Shown piece after piece: positions 12,742 through 24,797 of a stretch of 64,000 nt of DNA. The stretch is taken from positions 114,516,001 through 114,580,000 of the forward strand of contig CM059431.1 in assembly GCA_030390025.1 (NCBI GenBank), in the 5' to 3' direction. This DNA comes from Squalus acanthias (taxonomy: Eukaryota). The translations under genes and the position numbers were made by a program. The notes beneath the pieces are model-generated. The model did no database searches, had not been told where the DNA came from, and saw only the letters and a program-made list of their open reading frames with translations. Every line of letters starts with the position of its first letter. The stretch's first letter is position 1.

Positions 12742-12908
12742 AAAAAATTCCTCGCTTTTTTGATTAACTTGTAGGCTTTGCCAATGCAGTTTGATTGGTT
12801 TCACGCCAGGTAAAGTCCCTCAAGGTCTGAGGGATTCAAAGGCTGATTGCTATCTTCAAACTTCATTGGCAAAGCCTACAAGATAATCAAAAAAGTGGGG
12901 AATTTTTT
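12742..12908. repeat. Inverted repeat / palindromic element
   Basis: 53-bp arms 12742-12794 and 12856-12908 with 4 mismatches; inner hairpin TCCCTCA/TGAGGGA. Confidence 0.9.
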
Positions 12909-14169
12909 GAGAATCCATAAATTTGTTTACGAGACAGCTTAAAATGCCAATTTATTTGTCGGGACGATTTACTTATTTACATTCCAACATCCTTGTTCCC
13001 CTGCCCAGTCATGCAATATTATTGACCTTTAATCCAAAATAAAGTTAAAGTTCTCCAACTTGCCAAGTCCACCTTAAACCAATGTTCATATATGGAAAAG
13101 TATTAATAACAGGAATTAAGCATTTTATTTGGAAACCCACAGTAGGAAATAAAAAAGATTCTTAAGAGGCCTTACTTCAGGTGCTGCTTTTTTTCAAAAG
13201 CTCGAGCCAGCCAACAATCTCTGCAAACTATGCCTGGTATCAGAGCTTGAAGGCCCATACAGGAGATTCAGTATCTCTCTGGTATTGTCTCTCTGAAGCT
13301 GTGCTAAAATTACTCTGAGTGATTTCCCCATCCCATTGGAAATTTAGGAACATCTGTTTGATATTCCTAAAGCAAAGCACCTGCACTGACAAGGGAATAA
13401 AGATATAAGCCTGGATGTTGTTGTGAATAGGAATGCTTATTGCACTCATATCAACTTCTCTCCATTGTTTTAATGGAGGCATTAAAAGTAAATGAGTTAA
13501 CACCTCTGTTAAAATAGCGCAGAGGGGAATTTGATACAAGCATGCTAAGTGTTCTTATGATAACATCACTCACAGTGGTTTCCAGGATGTAGTTCACAAA
13601 TCAAGAACTTTTTTCCCCTCAAGGTTTTTTTCAGTGGTCGCCATTTGTTGGGACGGGTTTGGACATCTAGCAAATCTTTGGAAGATGATTGTATGGCTTT
13701 TCAGCATACAATTGAAATGCTGTGGTGGGATATTTATTATGCAAGTGTGTAAGTTTCCTTTCCGCCTTTCACAAACCCCATTCAATAACTGGACATGATA
13801 TGCGGAAACGCCAGTGGCTTCACAGTGCTTTCCGGTCTACAGTTAACAGTGAGATGGACCTGTAGTTCCTGCAGAATGTGTGGTCCATCTATGTTTTTGT
13901 TAACAGTCTGAGCTCTGTTTGTTCTGCTACTAGGGAGTTCTAGATGGTTCTTTTCTCTTCTTTCGCCTTTTTCTTCCCTCAAGTTTCTTTCTCTTCCTTT
14001 TTCCTTTACCCTTTTTCTACCCTCTTCATCCTTTCTCTGTTTTTACCCTTTTCTCCCTCTGCCTTATTTGCCTCTTTATTGCCAATTTTCTCACCTCCTC
14101 CCACCATCCCCCCACCAACCCCCCCCCCCCCCCCCGCCACCCCCCCCCCACCCCTGCCCCCCTTGTAGA

Positions 14170-14435
14170 CATTGATTCCCTGTTGGAATATTGTACCACA
14201 TCAGGTATCCTCCAATACCTTGCCCAAGTGGTCATCCTTCATGTCTAGAAAGCAAGTATAATCAGGCTATCCAACCATAGAGGTGTCACAGGCACTATTT
14301 TTGCCTGATTGTTCCCTCCCCAAACCAACAGCGCTGAGGCCAATTGCAGTGCCCCTACTCAACACAGGCCAGAGATTGAACCATGACCTTCCTGCTCTGT
14401 ATGGCCCAGCTACTTATTTAGTCAACGGAGCCATT
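14170..14435 (-). mobile_element. Degenerate tRNA-derived SINE (same family as 20870-22515 and 63240-63535)
   Basis: Shared blocks GCCCAAGTGGTCATCCTTCATG, GCGCTGAGGCCAATTG, GATTGAACCATGACCTTCCTG. Confidence 0.55.
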
Positions 14436-15914
14436 TAACTTTTTATTGGGGGGGAGGGGGGGAGAAGAGGCTGGAGGAAGCACAAACCTCTAAAACCTGA
14501 TGGTTCACTCACCAACAGAAAAAGTTTAAAAAATTGTAATCAGCACTGAACTGGCACAATTCTACAAAGCAAGTTTTTTTTTGTTAATTGGCAGGCCAAA
14601 GAAGCTGTCCCGGGTCCCTCAGTGAGTGCCCCTGAAGCTTTAAAGAGAGGTGCCCACCATAGCCATTGGTCCCCAATGTTGGAAAACAAAACATTTATAA
14701 AATACACAGCTATCTCAGGGTAAATGCAGGCAGTAGATTGATTTTATCTACTGAAAGACTTCCTGATATATTTACTATACTGAGCATTAAAAAAAAGCAG
14801 ATAATGAGAGAATAGTTTCCATTTGGATCAGGATTTAATATTTAACTGCTGGGCCTGAATCAATAATTCCATACAATAAATGTCAAAAGGAAATAGCTCA
14901 GTTCATTGAAATTCTTATTTTGGAATGTAATTCTGCATGGATCTGGAATGTGTTTACTTAAAGTTAAGACTAGCAAAAAAGAGATTAAATGAAAAGGATT
15001 GCAACATAAAATCATATGATATTTATTCAGGCCTCTTGCCTCTTTCAATGGATGACAACTCAAAGATCACAATGTAACATAATATACAGGATTTCAGCAT
15101 CTCTTTTATGACAAGCAAAAGAAAGCAGCAGTGAAATTATTATTTAATATAACAGCAGCCTTGCACCAGCTACATATTAAATTAGTTACATTTTCTCCCC
15201 AACTACTGCGTTTGAATTAAATTGCGTTGAGTTTTCAAAATGACTGCATTCAAATCCAAACAGAGAAACAACCATAAATTATTGGTTTGCCATTTTTCAG
15301 GAAGGGTGGGGGGGGGGGGGGCGGGGGGGGGAGCTGTGTTTACATGTTGTCTTCGTGCTTTGTGCACAATTAAGCAGGATCGCAGCTGTCAAAATAACAG
15401 CATTCTGAACATCCATCTGGCTTCTTAAATATTATTGTACATCTTTGTTCTCAGGAATCTCTGATGAGGAGATATTTTCACTTAATTGCTGCACGGGATC
15501 ACACATGATGGTTTATGGGTTTAGGCAAATTACAGGCTGCACTTTGTTAACAAATTGAAGAGCGCAAAGGCGGTTGATAATTATCCTATAGAGCTCAATT
15601 GGCCCTTAACAGCACCTGCATGTACAGCATCAGGGAGCCTTGTTTAAACACAAAAGCTCCTGTCTGTTAATTAACCTGAATGCACTTGTTATAAATGAAA
15701 CCTATTTGTTTCCACTTAATATATTTTCAGCTAGTTTCAATATTCATTTGTTATGGTTGTTAAGTGGGGTGAGAGCGAAAGATGAACTCTTTTTTTTAAC
15801 GGTACTACGTGTTAAATTACAGGTATGTGTACAGTGCACAGACACTGACTGAATGAACCCCATCTAGTGCTTCACCTACTTTTATTTGTAATTGTGTAGA
15901 TAAAGCAAAAAGAG

Positions 15915-16314
15915 AAAGAAAAGAAAGAACTTGTATTCATATAGCTCCTTACACATCCCCAAAATGTTTCAAAGTTCTTCACCACCAATGAATTACTTTT
16001 AAAATGCTGTTATTTGGCAGCCAATTTAAACACAACAAGATCCCACAAAGAACAATGAGATAAATGACTAGTTAATTTCATTTTGTGGTGTTGGTTGAGG
16101 GATATATATTGGCCAGGATGCCAAGAGAATTCCACCGTGTTTCTTTGAATGTTGCCATGGGATCTTTTATATCCATCTGAACAGGGAGACAAGGCCTCGG
16201 TTTAATGTCTCATCCAAAAGACGGCTCCTCTGACGATGCAACACTCCCTCGTTACTGCACTGAAGTGTTAGCCTACATTATGTTCTCAAGTCCTGGAGCA
16301 GGGCTTGAACCCAC

Positions 16315-16345
<31 letters not shown>

Positions 16346-16359
16346 ACTGAGCCAGACTG
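15915..16359 (-). mobile_element. DeuSINE (SacSINE1-like)
   Basis: Reverse complement of tRNA-like head, Deu core and L2-like tail as at 19586. Confidence 0.88.
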
Positions 16360-19300
16360 GCAAAAAGCCAAGTAGCATATAAATTCAATATAAGTATTTA
16401 TAAAAATATGCGTCTAATCACTTTAAATTTTAAGCCATATAAAGGGTTGAGAAAATAAGGCAAATATCAAAAGATCATTCTTCATTGAAAGGAGCTCATT
16501 CTTAAATGAATGTGGCAGAACAAAGGTGTAGCTCATAACAGTAGCAGTGGTATTTATGAGGACCTTTATATTTTCTTTTTCTCCTTCCTGGTTTTAATCT
16601 ACAATTATTGATGCAGAATGCCTTTTCAATCAATTGCTTTGATCTTTTGTTCTAAAAATTGGTCAAAGAACATATTCTTCAAAGCAATCAATGAGAGCTA
16701 CCAAAGTAGATGATGACTCTAGGGCTCTCGATTGTGGTTAATGTCTAATTAAAACCATTTTTACTCAATAAGAGTAAAACTAATGGAAGATTTAAATATG
16801 TGGGTAACATCTTTATATGATAATGGTATTGATCTTCAAACAATGAATGTCTGATGTAATCAAACCAGAAATATGGTGGCATGGAACAAAATTCTAGATT
16901 AAAAATGTAATTGTTCAGGTAAGAAAATGATAGATTCTTTTAAATGATGTAATAATTGAAGTACATTTCTGTCTTGTTTAAATTCCAGTTTTAGAGCATG
17001 ATCATGGGTGAGACTGCTCAAACACAAATGTGACTAAGGTTCCAGTCCGATTGTAATATACGACATAGGGTGTGCTTTCAAAGATTCATGCTCATTAAAA
17101 CAGAAAATATATTTAACATTAATAAGTCCCACTCACAAAGGGTGAATCTTGAAAATAGTAAATTAAATGGTGAAAAACAGAATGCATTTAGTAACTTTAA
17201 TCTCATTAACTTTACCTCTCCACCTACCAAGGAATACTTGAAATAGCTCAGGTAATTTTGTGAAAGAACTGTTCCATAATTAATGCAGTCTAGGTCGTCA
17301 CAATAACATTTTATAAGGAAACAAAGCGGGATGGTTTTTTTTGCTTGATCTATACTGTAGTTCAAAACTGTCAAAATTAAAATGTTGGTACTGTAACTTA
17401 AATTGTCCAGAGTGTAGTTTAAGTAAAAGTTCAGTTAAAATATAAAACATTTTTCTCATGCTCATATATAACAATAGATGCTGATTTCACCATCTTTCAT
17501 TACATTTTTTTAACCACTTTGCTACTTGTAATAAATTCACATTTCATATCAACGTGAGAGATGCCAGTGCTGGAGAATGGAGCAATTTTCCACATTGGTG
17601 CATTACAGCTAAGAGGCATGCACTAAGTATGCATTAATGTGTAATGATTTGGTATATTAGCATTAACGGGACATTAGCAAATTCTCACCCATTCTTTAAC
17701 CATTTTTTGGCATGTTAAGCACTAGATAAAGGCTGATGTCTAAATTTGCTCACGCTTCCCTTCCAGACTACAAAGGTGGCAATACGGCAGTGGAGACAGG
17801 CAGCAGAGGAGGAAACATTGTAAAGAGCGACTTAGCTATTGGAGTTCACATGGCAGTATCAGCAAGTCTTACTTTGCTGAACTTGTAGCAAGAGACAGGG
17901 AATGAGCAGTAGATTCCTGAGGGGAATCAGCAAGTATTGACGCGAAGAGATAAGGAACACCAAGATTCTGATTTTTAATATCATATTTAACAAAGAATCT
18001 ACCCATTCCAAGATGACACCCCTTTGCATACAATTGGCTTTTCGTAGGAGCACTAAGCTCCAAATATCCTGTCCTTCATGCTCTCTATGATTCCATACAG
18101 TGTTGAAATTAAGATTCATGCTCTTCCTCCAGGTGCATTGTCCTTCATGCTTTTTATGCTCTTTGTTTCCTTACAAATCAGGATTTTTTTGCACCATCTC
18201 CTATACAAATTCATTCTTTCCCAGGCTCAGGACTTGAAAATTATGGAACCCCCTTACCTTCCTAAATTCTATATTCCTCCTACAATCTAAAGGTTTGTAA
18301 AACCCAAACTTGATATTGCCTAACCATTATTTTCTGATTTGTCTTGTCTTCGATCCTATTTGTTTTAGTCTTGGTAATGTCCTGCACAATGGACCTTAGC
18401 CCTTCACCTTATGTCCTTTGTAAAGGCAGTGCAGAAACAGTGCAACAATAGGACAACTGGCAATGAAAAATAATGGAAGAGACTTACTGTGCAACTAGTG
18501 TAAAGAGTCAATTGAATTCTGAGGCATACGTACACACACATCTTTGAATGCTATTAAATCACTACTCACTAATGTTTGCAGGAAAGTGCATTGATTTGGG
18601 AACAAGTAGAAATGTTTTAATATTGGTCATTTAAATTGCATACAAAGAGCCATGTTGTGGCAGTTTACAGGGATGTACTGCATGCCTTGCACAGATTTAA
18701 GCAAACTGGAGGAAGAGGCACAATCTAAAGGCAGTCTGAATTCTTTCCTTTAATGTGGTTTTGGAGGTCTTTTGTCATATAATTTTTATCCAATAGAGAA
18801 TTACTGCTAAGGTTAATGTAGTCCAAAAGGTCTGTCAAAGCCATAAAAAACAGTGTGTAGCTCATCAAAGGGGGGGGGGGGGGTCACTTACTTGGCCAAG
18901 GTTACATGTGGTTCGAGGAGGACTGCCGAAAAGATTCCACACCAAAGATACAGAGGGTACAGCTGACATTCAAACCCTCTTTCATAAGCGAATAGATTTG
19001 ATGAGCCCCATCATTGGAGGGCAAGTAACCGGTTTTACTTTTCCTGTTGCACTTTGTATTTTTATTGTTCTGGTGGAGGGATTAATCTATAAATCTTTCA
19101 CTTATGCTTACACCAACACTAGTTTGTAACTAGTATTTCAGTAAGATGTATTTGTGGCTCTAAGAAGTTTTTGTATGATATCCACTTGAACTATTAAAAA
19201 TGCCAAAATTATTATAAATTATGTCCTTTCAAATTTGTGTTATGTTTAGAGAGAGTATTTTCATATTTATAAAACTAGGATGAAGTAATAGTGGTCGTAG

Positions 19301-19585
19301 GTCTGTCATTGGTTGTGGTGTTGGTGGGAATCATTTGAGATGTGCAATTGGCTTAAGTATAGTTTCTTGATACCAGTATGTTTCATATGCCGACTGAAAA
19401 CTGAACAGACAATTTTGTGACCTGGTAAGAACAATCAATAGATATATAATTTGAAAAGTAATGAAAATAATCCCTGGATCAACTACATATGTATCAGTAT
19501 GTAGTGAAACCCTTTATATGTTCCCAGTAAGAGTGACAATATCGCTCCTCCAGTATTACAACACAAAATAGTTTCTATAAACAGT

Positions 19586-20041
19586 GTCAGCTGTGGCTCA
19601 GTGGGTAGCACTCTCGCCTCTGAGTCAGAAGGTTGTGGGGTCAAGTTCCCACTCCAGATACTTGAGCACAAAAATCTAGGCTGACACTCCAGTGCAGTGC
19701 TAAGTGAGTGCTGCACTGTCGGAGGTGCCGTCTTTTGGATGAGACGTTAAACTGAGGCCCCATCTGCTCTCTCAGGTGGATGTAAAAGATCCTATAGCAC
19801 TGTTACAAAGAAGAGCAGGGGAGTTATCCCCGGTGTCCTGGCCAATATTTATCCCTCAACTAACATCACTAAAAATAGATTATCTGGCCATTATCACATT
19901 GTGGGAGCTTGCTTTGCAAAATTGGCTGCTGCATTTCCTACATTACAGCAGTGACTACACTTCAAAAGTACTTCATTGGCTGTAAAGTGCTTTGGGATGT
20001 CCTGAGGCTGTGAAAGGCGCTATACAAATGCAAGTATTTCT
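19586..20041 (+). mobile_element. Full-length DeuSINE (SacSINE1-like)
   Basis: A box TGGCTCAGTGG, Deu core GCTGCACTGTCGGAGGTGCCGTCTTT...GATGAGACGTTAAAC, L2-like tail GGCGCTATACAAATGCAAG. Confidence 0.9.
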
Positions 20042-20307
20042 TTTTTTATATAAGATAGATTTTCCAAATTCTCCCCAGCGCATATTAGAAAATCATGAAC
20101 AACATGCCTACGATTTCCTGACAAGTGCTGGAAGTGGGTATGTTGTGGGTACATCATGGGCATGGGATCTACTCTTATAGCTAGAATAAAGATATTAAAC
20201 TAACTTCACAGAGCCCAGTCAATGAATCAGTTTTCTATTGATTTGCATACAATGGCTATCCATGATGCTCATGCTTGTGTAATGACCAATTTTACTCTCT
20301 TTTTCTC

Positions 20308-20857
20308 AACAACAACAACAACAACAACAACATGTATTTATATAGCGCCTTTAACATAGTAAACCATCCCAAGGCACTTCACAGGAGTATTATAAGACAT
20401 AAAATTTGACACTGAGCCACATAAGGAGAAATTAGGGCAGGTGCCCAAAAGCTTGGTCAAAGAGGTAGGGTTTAAGGAGCGTCTTAAAGGAGGAAAGAGA
20501 GGTAGAGAGGCAGAGGGGTTTAGGCAGGGAATTCCAGAGCTTAGGGCCTAGCCAACAGAAGGCACGGCCACCAATGGTTGAGCGATTATAATCAGGGATG
20601 CTCAAGAGGGCAGAATTAGAGGAGCGCGGATATCTTGGGGGGGGGGGGGTTGGGGCTGGAGGAGATTACAGAGATAGGGAGGGGCGAGGCCATGGAGGGA
20701 TTTGAAAACAAGGATGAGAATTTTGAAATCGAGGCGTTGCTTAACTGGGAGCCAATGTAGGTCAGTGAGCACAGAGGTGATGGGTGAACAGGACTTGGTG
20801 CGTTAGGACACGGGCAGCCGAGTTTTGGATGACCTCAAGTTTGCGTAGGGTAGAATA
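20308..20857 (-). mobile_element. L2 LINE 3' end
   Basis: (AAC)n tail; LRKLEVIQNSAARVLT on minus strand. Confidence 0.88.
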
Positions 20858-21092
20858 TGGTTGAATCTCATCAATTTTCTCCATTCCACTCCTCTTTTGA
20901 AGAAGTTGATTCCTAACTGGGTTATGGTTCCATAAGCCCCATTTTCTCTCTGCTACCTTGATTAATGGGCCGTATTCACATGTGAGTATTAGCAGGGTAT
21001 TTGACCATGGGAAGGGTAGGACCAGTGCCAGAAAAGTGAAACTTGATCCTGTCCTCACACAACATTCACACATGCACATTTCTATCAACAGG

Positions 21093-21731
21093 AAAAGGCC
21101 AATGGAATGTTGGCCTTTATCTGAAGGCGGTTGGAATACTAAAGTAAGGAAGTGATGCTTCAGATTTTCCAGAGCCTTGGTCAGTCTCCATATGGAGTAC
21201 TGCATTCAGTTTTGGGCACCACACCTCAGAAATATATAATAACCTTGAAGGTGGTAAAGCGCAGATTCACCAGAATGATACTTAAAGCGTTAAATTATGA
21301 GAACAGATGGCATAAACTTGGTCTGTATTCTCTCAAGTTTAAAAGGATGAGTGGTGATCCAATTGAGATGTTTAAAATGATAGAGATACGATAGGGTAGA
21401 TACAGGGAAACTATTTCCTCTTGTGGGGGTAGCCAGAACAAGGGGGCAGAATCTTAAAATTAGAGGTAGGCCAGTTAGGAGTGAAATCAGGAAGATTTGT
21501 TTCAGACCAAGGGTAGTGGAAATCTGAAACTTTCCCCCAAAAGGTTGTGGATGCTGGGTCAATTGAAATTTTTAAGTCTGAGCTCAATAGATTTTTGTTA
21601 GGTAAGGGTATCAAGGGATATGAAGAAAAGGTGGATAAACGGAATTGAGGTACAGATCAGTCATGAGCTAATAGAATGGCAGAACAGGCTCGAGGGTCTG
21701 AGTAACCTATTCCTTTTCCTATGTTTGTATG
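21093..21731 (+). mobile_element. CR1 3' fragment
   Basis: KRRFTRMI...KLGLYSLKFKRMSGDPIEMFK; tail CCTATGTTTGTATG. Confidence 0.9.
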
Positions 21732-21806
21732 AACCTTGCCCAATTTCCCCTCTCTAACTCAGAGACACCGAGGCCAAATGTACCACCCTATTGTCACTCC
21801 GGCTCA

Positions 21807-22403
21807 AGGACATTCAGCCTCGGATCTGCGGGTAAGCGTTCTCCAAGGCGGCCTTCGAGACACACGACAATGCAAAATCATCGAGCAGAAACTGATAGCC
21901 AAGTTCCGCACCCATGAGGACGGCCTCAACCGAGATCTTGGGTTCATGTCACGCTACACGACGTAGAGTCATCCAGACTCGAGTCGTCGTTGGCTTGTTC
22001 ACAGATGTGATTTCCAGTAAAAAAAAGTAAAAATTTTAAAGTTTATGGTTTTCCATACAGACTGCATTTGACACATTAGACCCCCTGTGACCCCACCTCA
22101 TTGTCTCAGTTGTATCTTGCTATGTCTTTGATGTGGTGCCTTCCTGGCTGACCTGATTGTTTCTCTGCCGAGGTGTGATGAAAGGCAGTCAGATAGATTA
22201 ACTGTAGTCGTCTGAGATTGTACGCTACACAGGCATTGTTCTCTGTCTATATATGCTTTGCCGATTCGTATTCCTTCACTTCACCTGACGAAGGGGCAGC
22301 AGCTCCGAAAGCTTGTGATTTCAAATAAAACTGTTGGACTATAACCTGGTGTTGTGCGACTTCTCACTTTTGTCCACCCCAGTCCAACACCGGCATCTCT
22401 GCA
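21807..22403 (+). mobile_element. Penelope-like element, 5'-truncated (GIY-YIG C-terminus, pLTR and tail)
   Basis: GHSASDLRVSVLQGG...EQKLIAKFRTHEDGLNRDLGFMSRY; direct repeat TCACTCCGGCTCA at 21794-21806 and 22404-22416. Confidence 0.92.
22281..22318 (+). ncRNA. Minimal type I hammerhead ribozyme motif
   Basis: UCAC-CUGACGA-A-GGGGC(AGCA)GCUCC-GAAA-GC-UU-GUGA. Confidence 0.75.
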
Positions 22404-23486
22404 TCACTCCGGCTCAGATTAGCTAATTTAGCACAGACTGGATATGGAACCTGAGACCATCTTAGTCTGTAAAACTCAGCGACACATTGGATAAATTGAC
22501 TGATCCATCAAGGAAGTCACAATTTCACTTAACACTGGAATATTATTCTACATAAAGGAACCGGTACAATAGATGCTCATTCAACCCACTAACAAGAACA
22601 CCACAGAAATGATGAGTGGCCTTAAAAGACGTACTGGTTGAAAGTGACTAGGTTTGGCCCATCGCCATGCAGCAATTCTTGGTGTTGGACATTGCTCAGT
22701 AAATTGGTGCAGAGTCACTATTCACCTTTGGTTCAGTAAACATTAGTCACATAAAGGGAGGCATATTTCTCTCTCACTGTTAACAAGTTAGTAAATGTCT
22801 TAAATTTACAATAATTGTTTCTGGCCATTAGTACATTTTACAATTATAAATCAATCCAAAAAAAAAAAATTCTTCGAACCACTTCTCTGGGACACTATTA
22901 GCTTTGTTTATGATCACAGGTCACGAACTTCAATGAACTCACAGTGGCCACTGAATCTGCAACTTCTGTCTTTATGAAATTTGAAGAGTATATTTGTTAT
23001 ACTAATAGCAATAACATTGTGCAATTCTGTCTCTGCCTTCATTACAATTGTCTGTGACAGCAGTTTATTACCATGCCACTTAATATACATGAAATGTAAA
23101 AATAAGGAATAATTTGTAAATTTAATTTGTAATTTGTGCAAATTAATTTCATTACAAAAGCGACTCCACGATAATTCAAACTTGTAAATCATCTCTTTAT
23201 AAAACTTGAAAAGTATAATTGTTTTGCTCTGGGGGAAAATAATGAATTAATTATGCTAATTGGGTTTAATTTACATATGGAAATTGGGATGATTACTAAA
23301 TAGTTTTTCACTCAATATCACAATTGCCTGTTATGTGAGTATTGCTATCACTGCCGAAGGAAATGTGAATCTTTTTTCAGGATCACTCTGAAGTTGGCAA
23401 GTACTGGAATGTTTTTCACTTAGGTACGGCAGTAATAAACCCTAAGCTGTGCGTGATTTTATCACACCAGTGATTTTTTTTAAAAG

Positions 23487-23560
23487 AAAGAAATTGCATT
23501 TATATAGCGCCTTTCACAACCTCAGGACGTCCCAAAGCGCTTTACAGCCAATGAAGTACT
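23487..23560 (-). mobile_element. DeuSINE 3' tail
   Basis: TTGCATTTATATAGCGCCTTTCAC...CGCTTTACAGCCAATGAAGTAC. Confidence 0.75.
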
Positions 23561-23885
23561 TTCTTCTTCTTCTTAGACAGTCCCTCGGAACCGAGGATGA
23601 CTTGCTTCCACACTGAAAATGAGTTCTCAGGTGACTGATGAGTCCAATGTGGGACCGACAGTCTCTGTCACAGGTAGGGCAGATGGTGGTTGAAGGGGCA
23701 GGTGGGTGGGGTGCTTGGGTTGGCGTGCGCTCCTTCCGCTGTTTGCGCTTGGCTTCCACTTGCTCCCGGCGAAGAGACTCGAGGTGTTCGGCACCTTCCC
23801 GGATGCTTCTCCTCCACTTTGAGCGGTCTTGGGCCAGAGATTCCCAGGTGTCGGAGGGGATGTTGCACTTTTTCAAGGAGGCATC
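23561..23885 (-). mobile_element. RTE-clade LINE 3' end
   Basis: LKKCNIPSDTWESLAQDRSKWRRSIREG...CPTCDRDCRSHIGLISHLRTH (C-terminal C2H2 motif), (AGA)n tail. Confidence 0.85.
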
Positions 23886-24019
23886 GCGGTGCACGGACCT
23901 ATTTTCCAGTGTTAGCAAATTTCACCCCCGCTATGTCCGAGAAGCCATGCAGAGGCTTGTCTTTCAGAGTTAGAGGGCTGGCATTGTCGAATTCCTTACA
24001 TTAAGGCATAAGGAAAAGA

Positions 24020-24195
24020 GCATTCACCTGCATGAAGGTGTACTGCTGGTTGGAAATATGCTATACATTGAGAGAATGATATCCTTTTCTATTGACATAC
24101 ATCTGGGTATTGATAAATGGTCAACGTATGTCAACAGAAAAGGATACTATTCTCTCAATATAGCTATATGGACGGCACATGACTCCTTGGACTTC
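24020..24195 (+). pseudogene. Small HARBI1-like transposase relic
   Basis: YVNRKGYYSLNI followed by AHDS. Confidence 0.45.
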
Positions 24196-24582
24196 AGAGA
24201 ATCCTACCGCTCCATGAAATTGCAGTGTCCTGTCATGTTGACATTGATTGTCCATGTCCTCTGTAGGCATTGTGCCTCAGCCAGGTGCAGGTAGGAATGC
24301 CTTTGCCTAGTGTGAGGTATCAGCGAGTGTGTCATGTGTCTCTCGTGCTGCCTGAAATCCATTGTTCCCTGTCTACATTGGGAGGAGAGGGGAATGTAGC
24401 CCCACAACAAAACACACAAGGGTAGATGGTTAAGCAGTTGCCACCATTGACAATATAAATCATGTGAGAAATAAGGTTTTGGTAAAGTTCCACAATGTAA
24501 CTGTTGGGTCCTTTAAATCTACTTCTGCATTTTCTCTGATGTATCTAGCAATTCCTGATGCCCATTTTATATGGGTGAGACC

Positions 24583-24785
24583 GTAGAATCATACAGCACA
24601 GCAGGAGGCCATTCAGCCCAATGTGCCTGTGCCAGCTCTTTGAAAGAACTATCCGATCAGTCCCACTCCCCTGCTCTTTCCCAATATCTCTGCAAATTTT
24701 TCCCCTTCAAGTATTTATCCAATTCCCTTTGAAAAGTTACTATTGAATCTGCTTCCTTTCAGACAGTGCATTCCAGATCCTAATA
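24583..24785 (-). mobile_element. CR1 3' end
   Basis: TAGAATCATACAGCACAGCAGGAGGCCATTCAGCCC. Confidence 0.85.
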
Positions 24786-24797
24786 ACAATTTGCTGT

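Larger units (their letters stand above)
20870..22515 (-). mobile_element. tRNA-derived SINE split into three pieces (20870-21092, 21732-21806, 22404-22515)
   Basis: Pieces are colinear with the copies at 63240-63535 and 14170-14435; interrupted by a CR1 and a Penelope insertion. Confidence 0.6.

Noticed and set aside
13944..14168. Hydrophobic / Pro-rich ORF
   Set aside because: Translation of CT-rich and poly-C low-complexity sequence.
22918..22940. Retinoic acid response element (AGGTCA...TGAACT)
   Set aside because: Spacing and orientation do not fit DR1/DR2/DR5.
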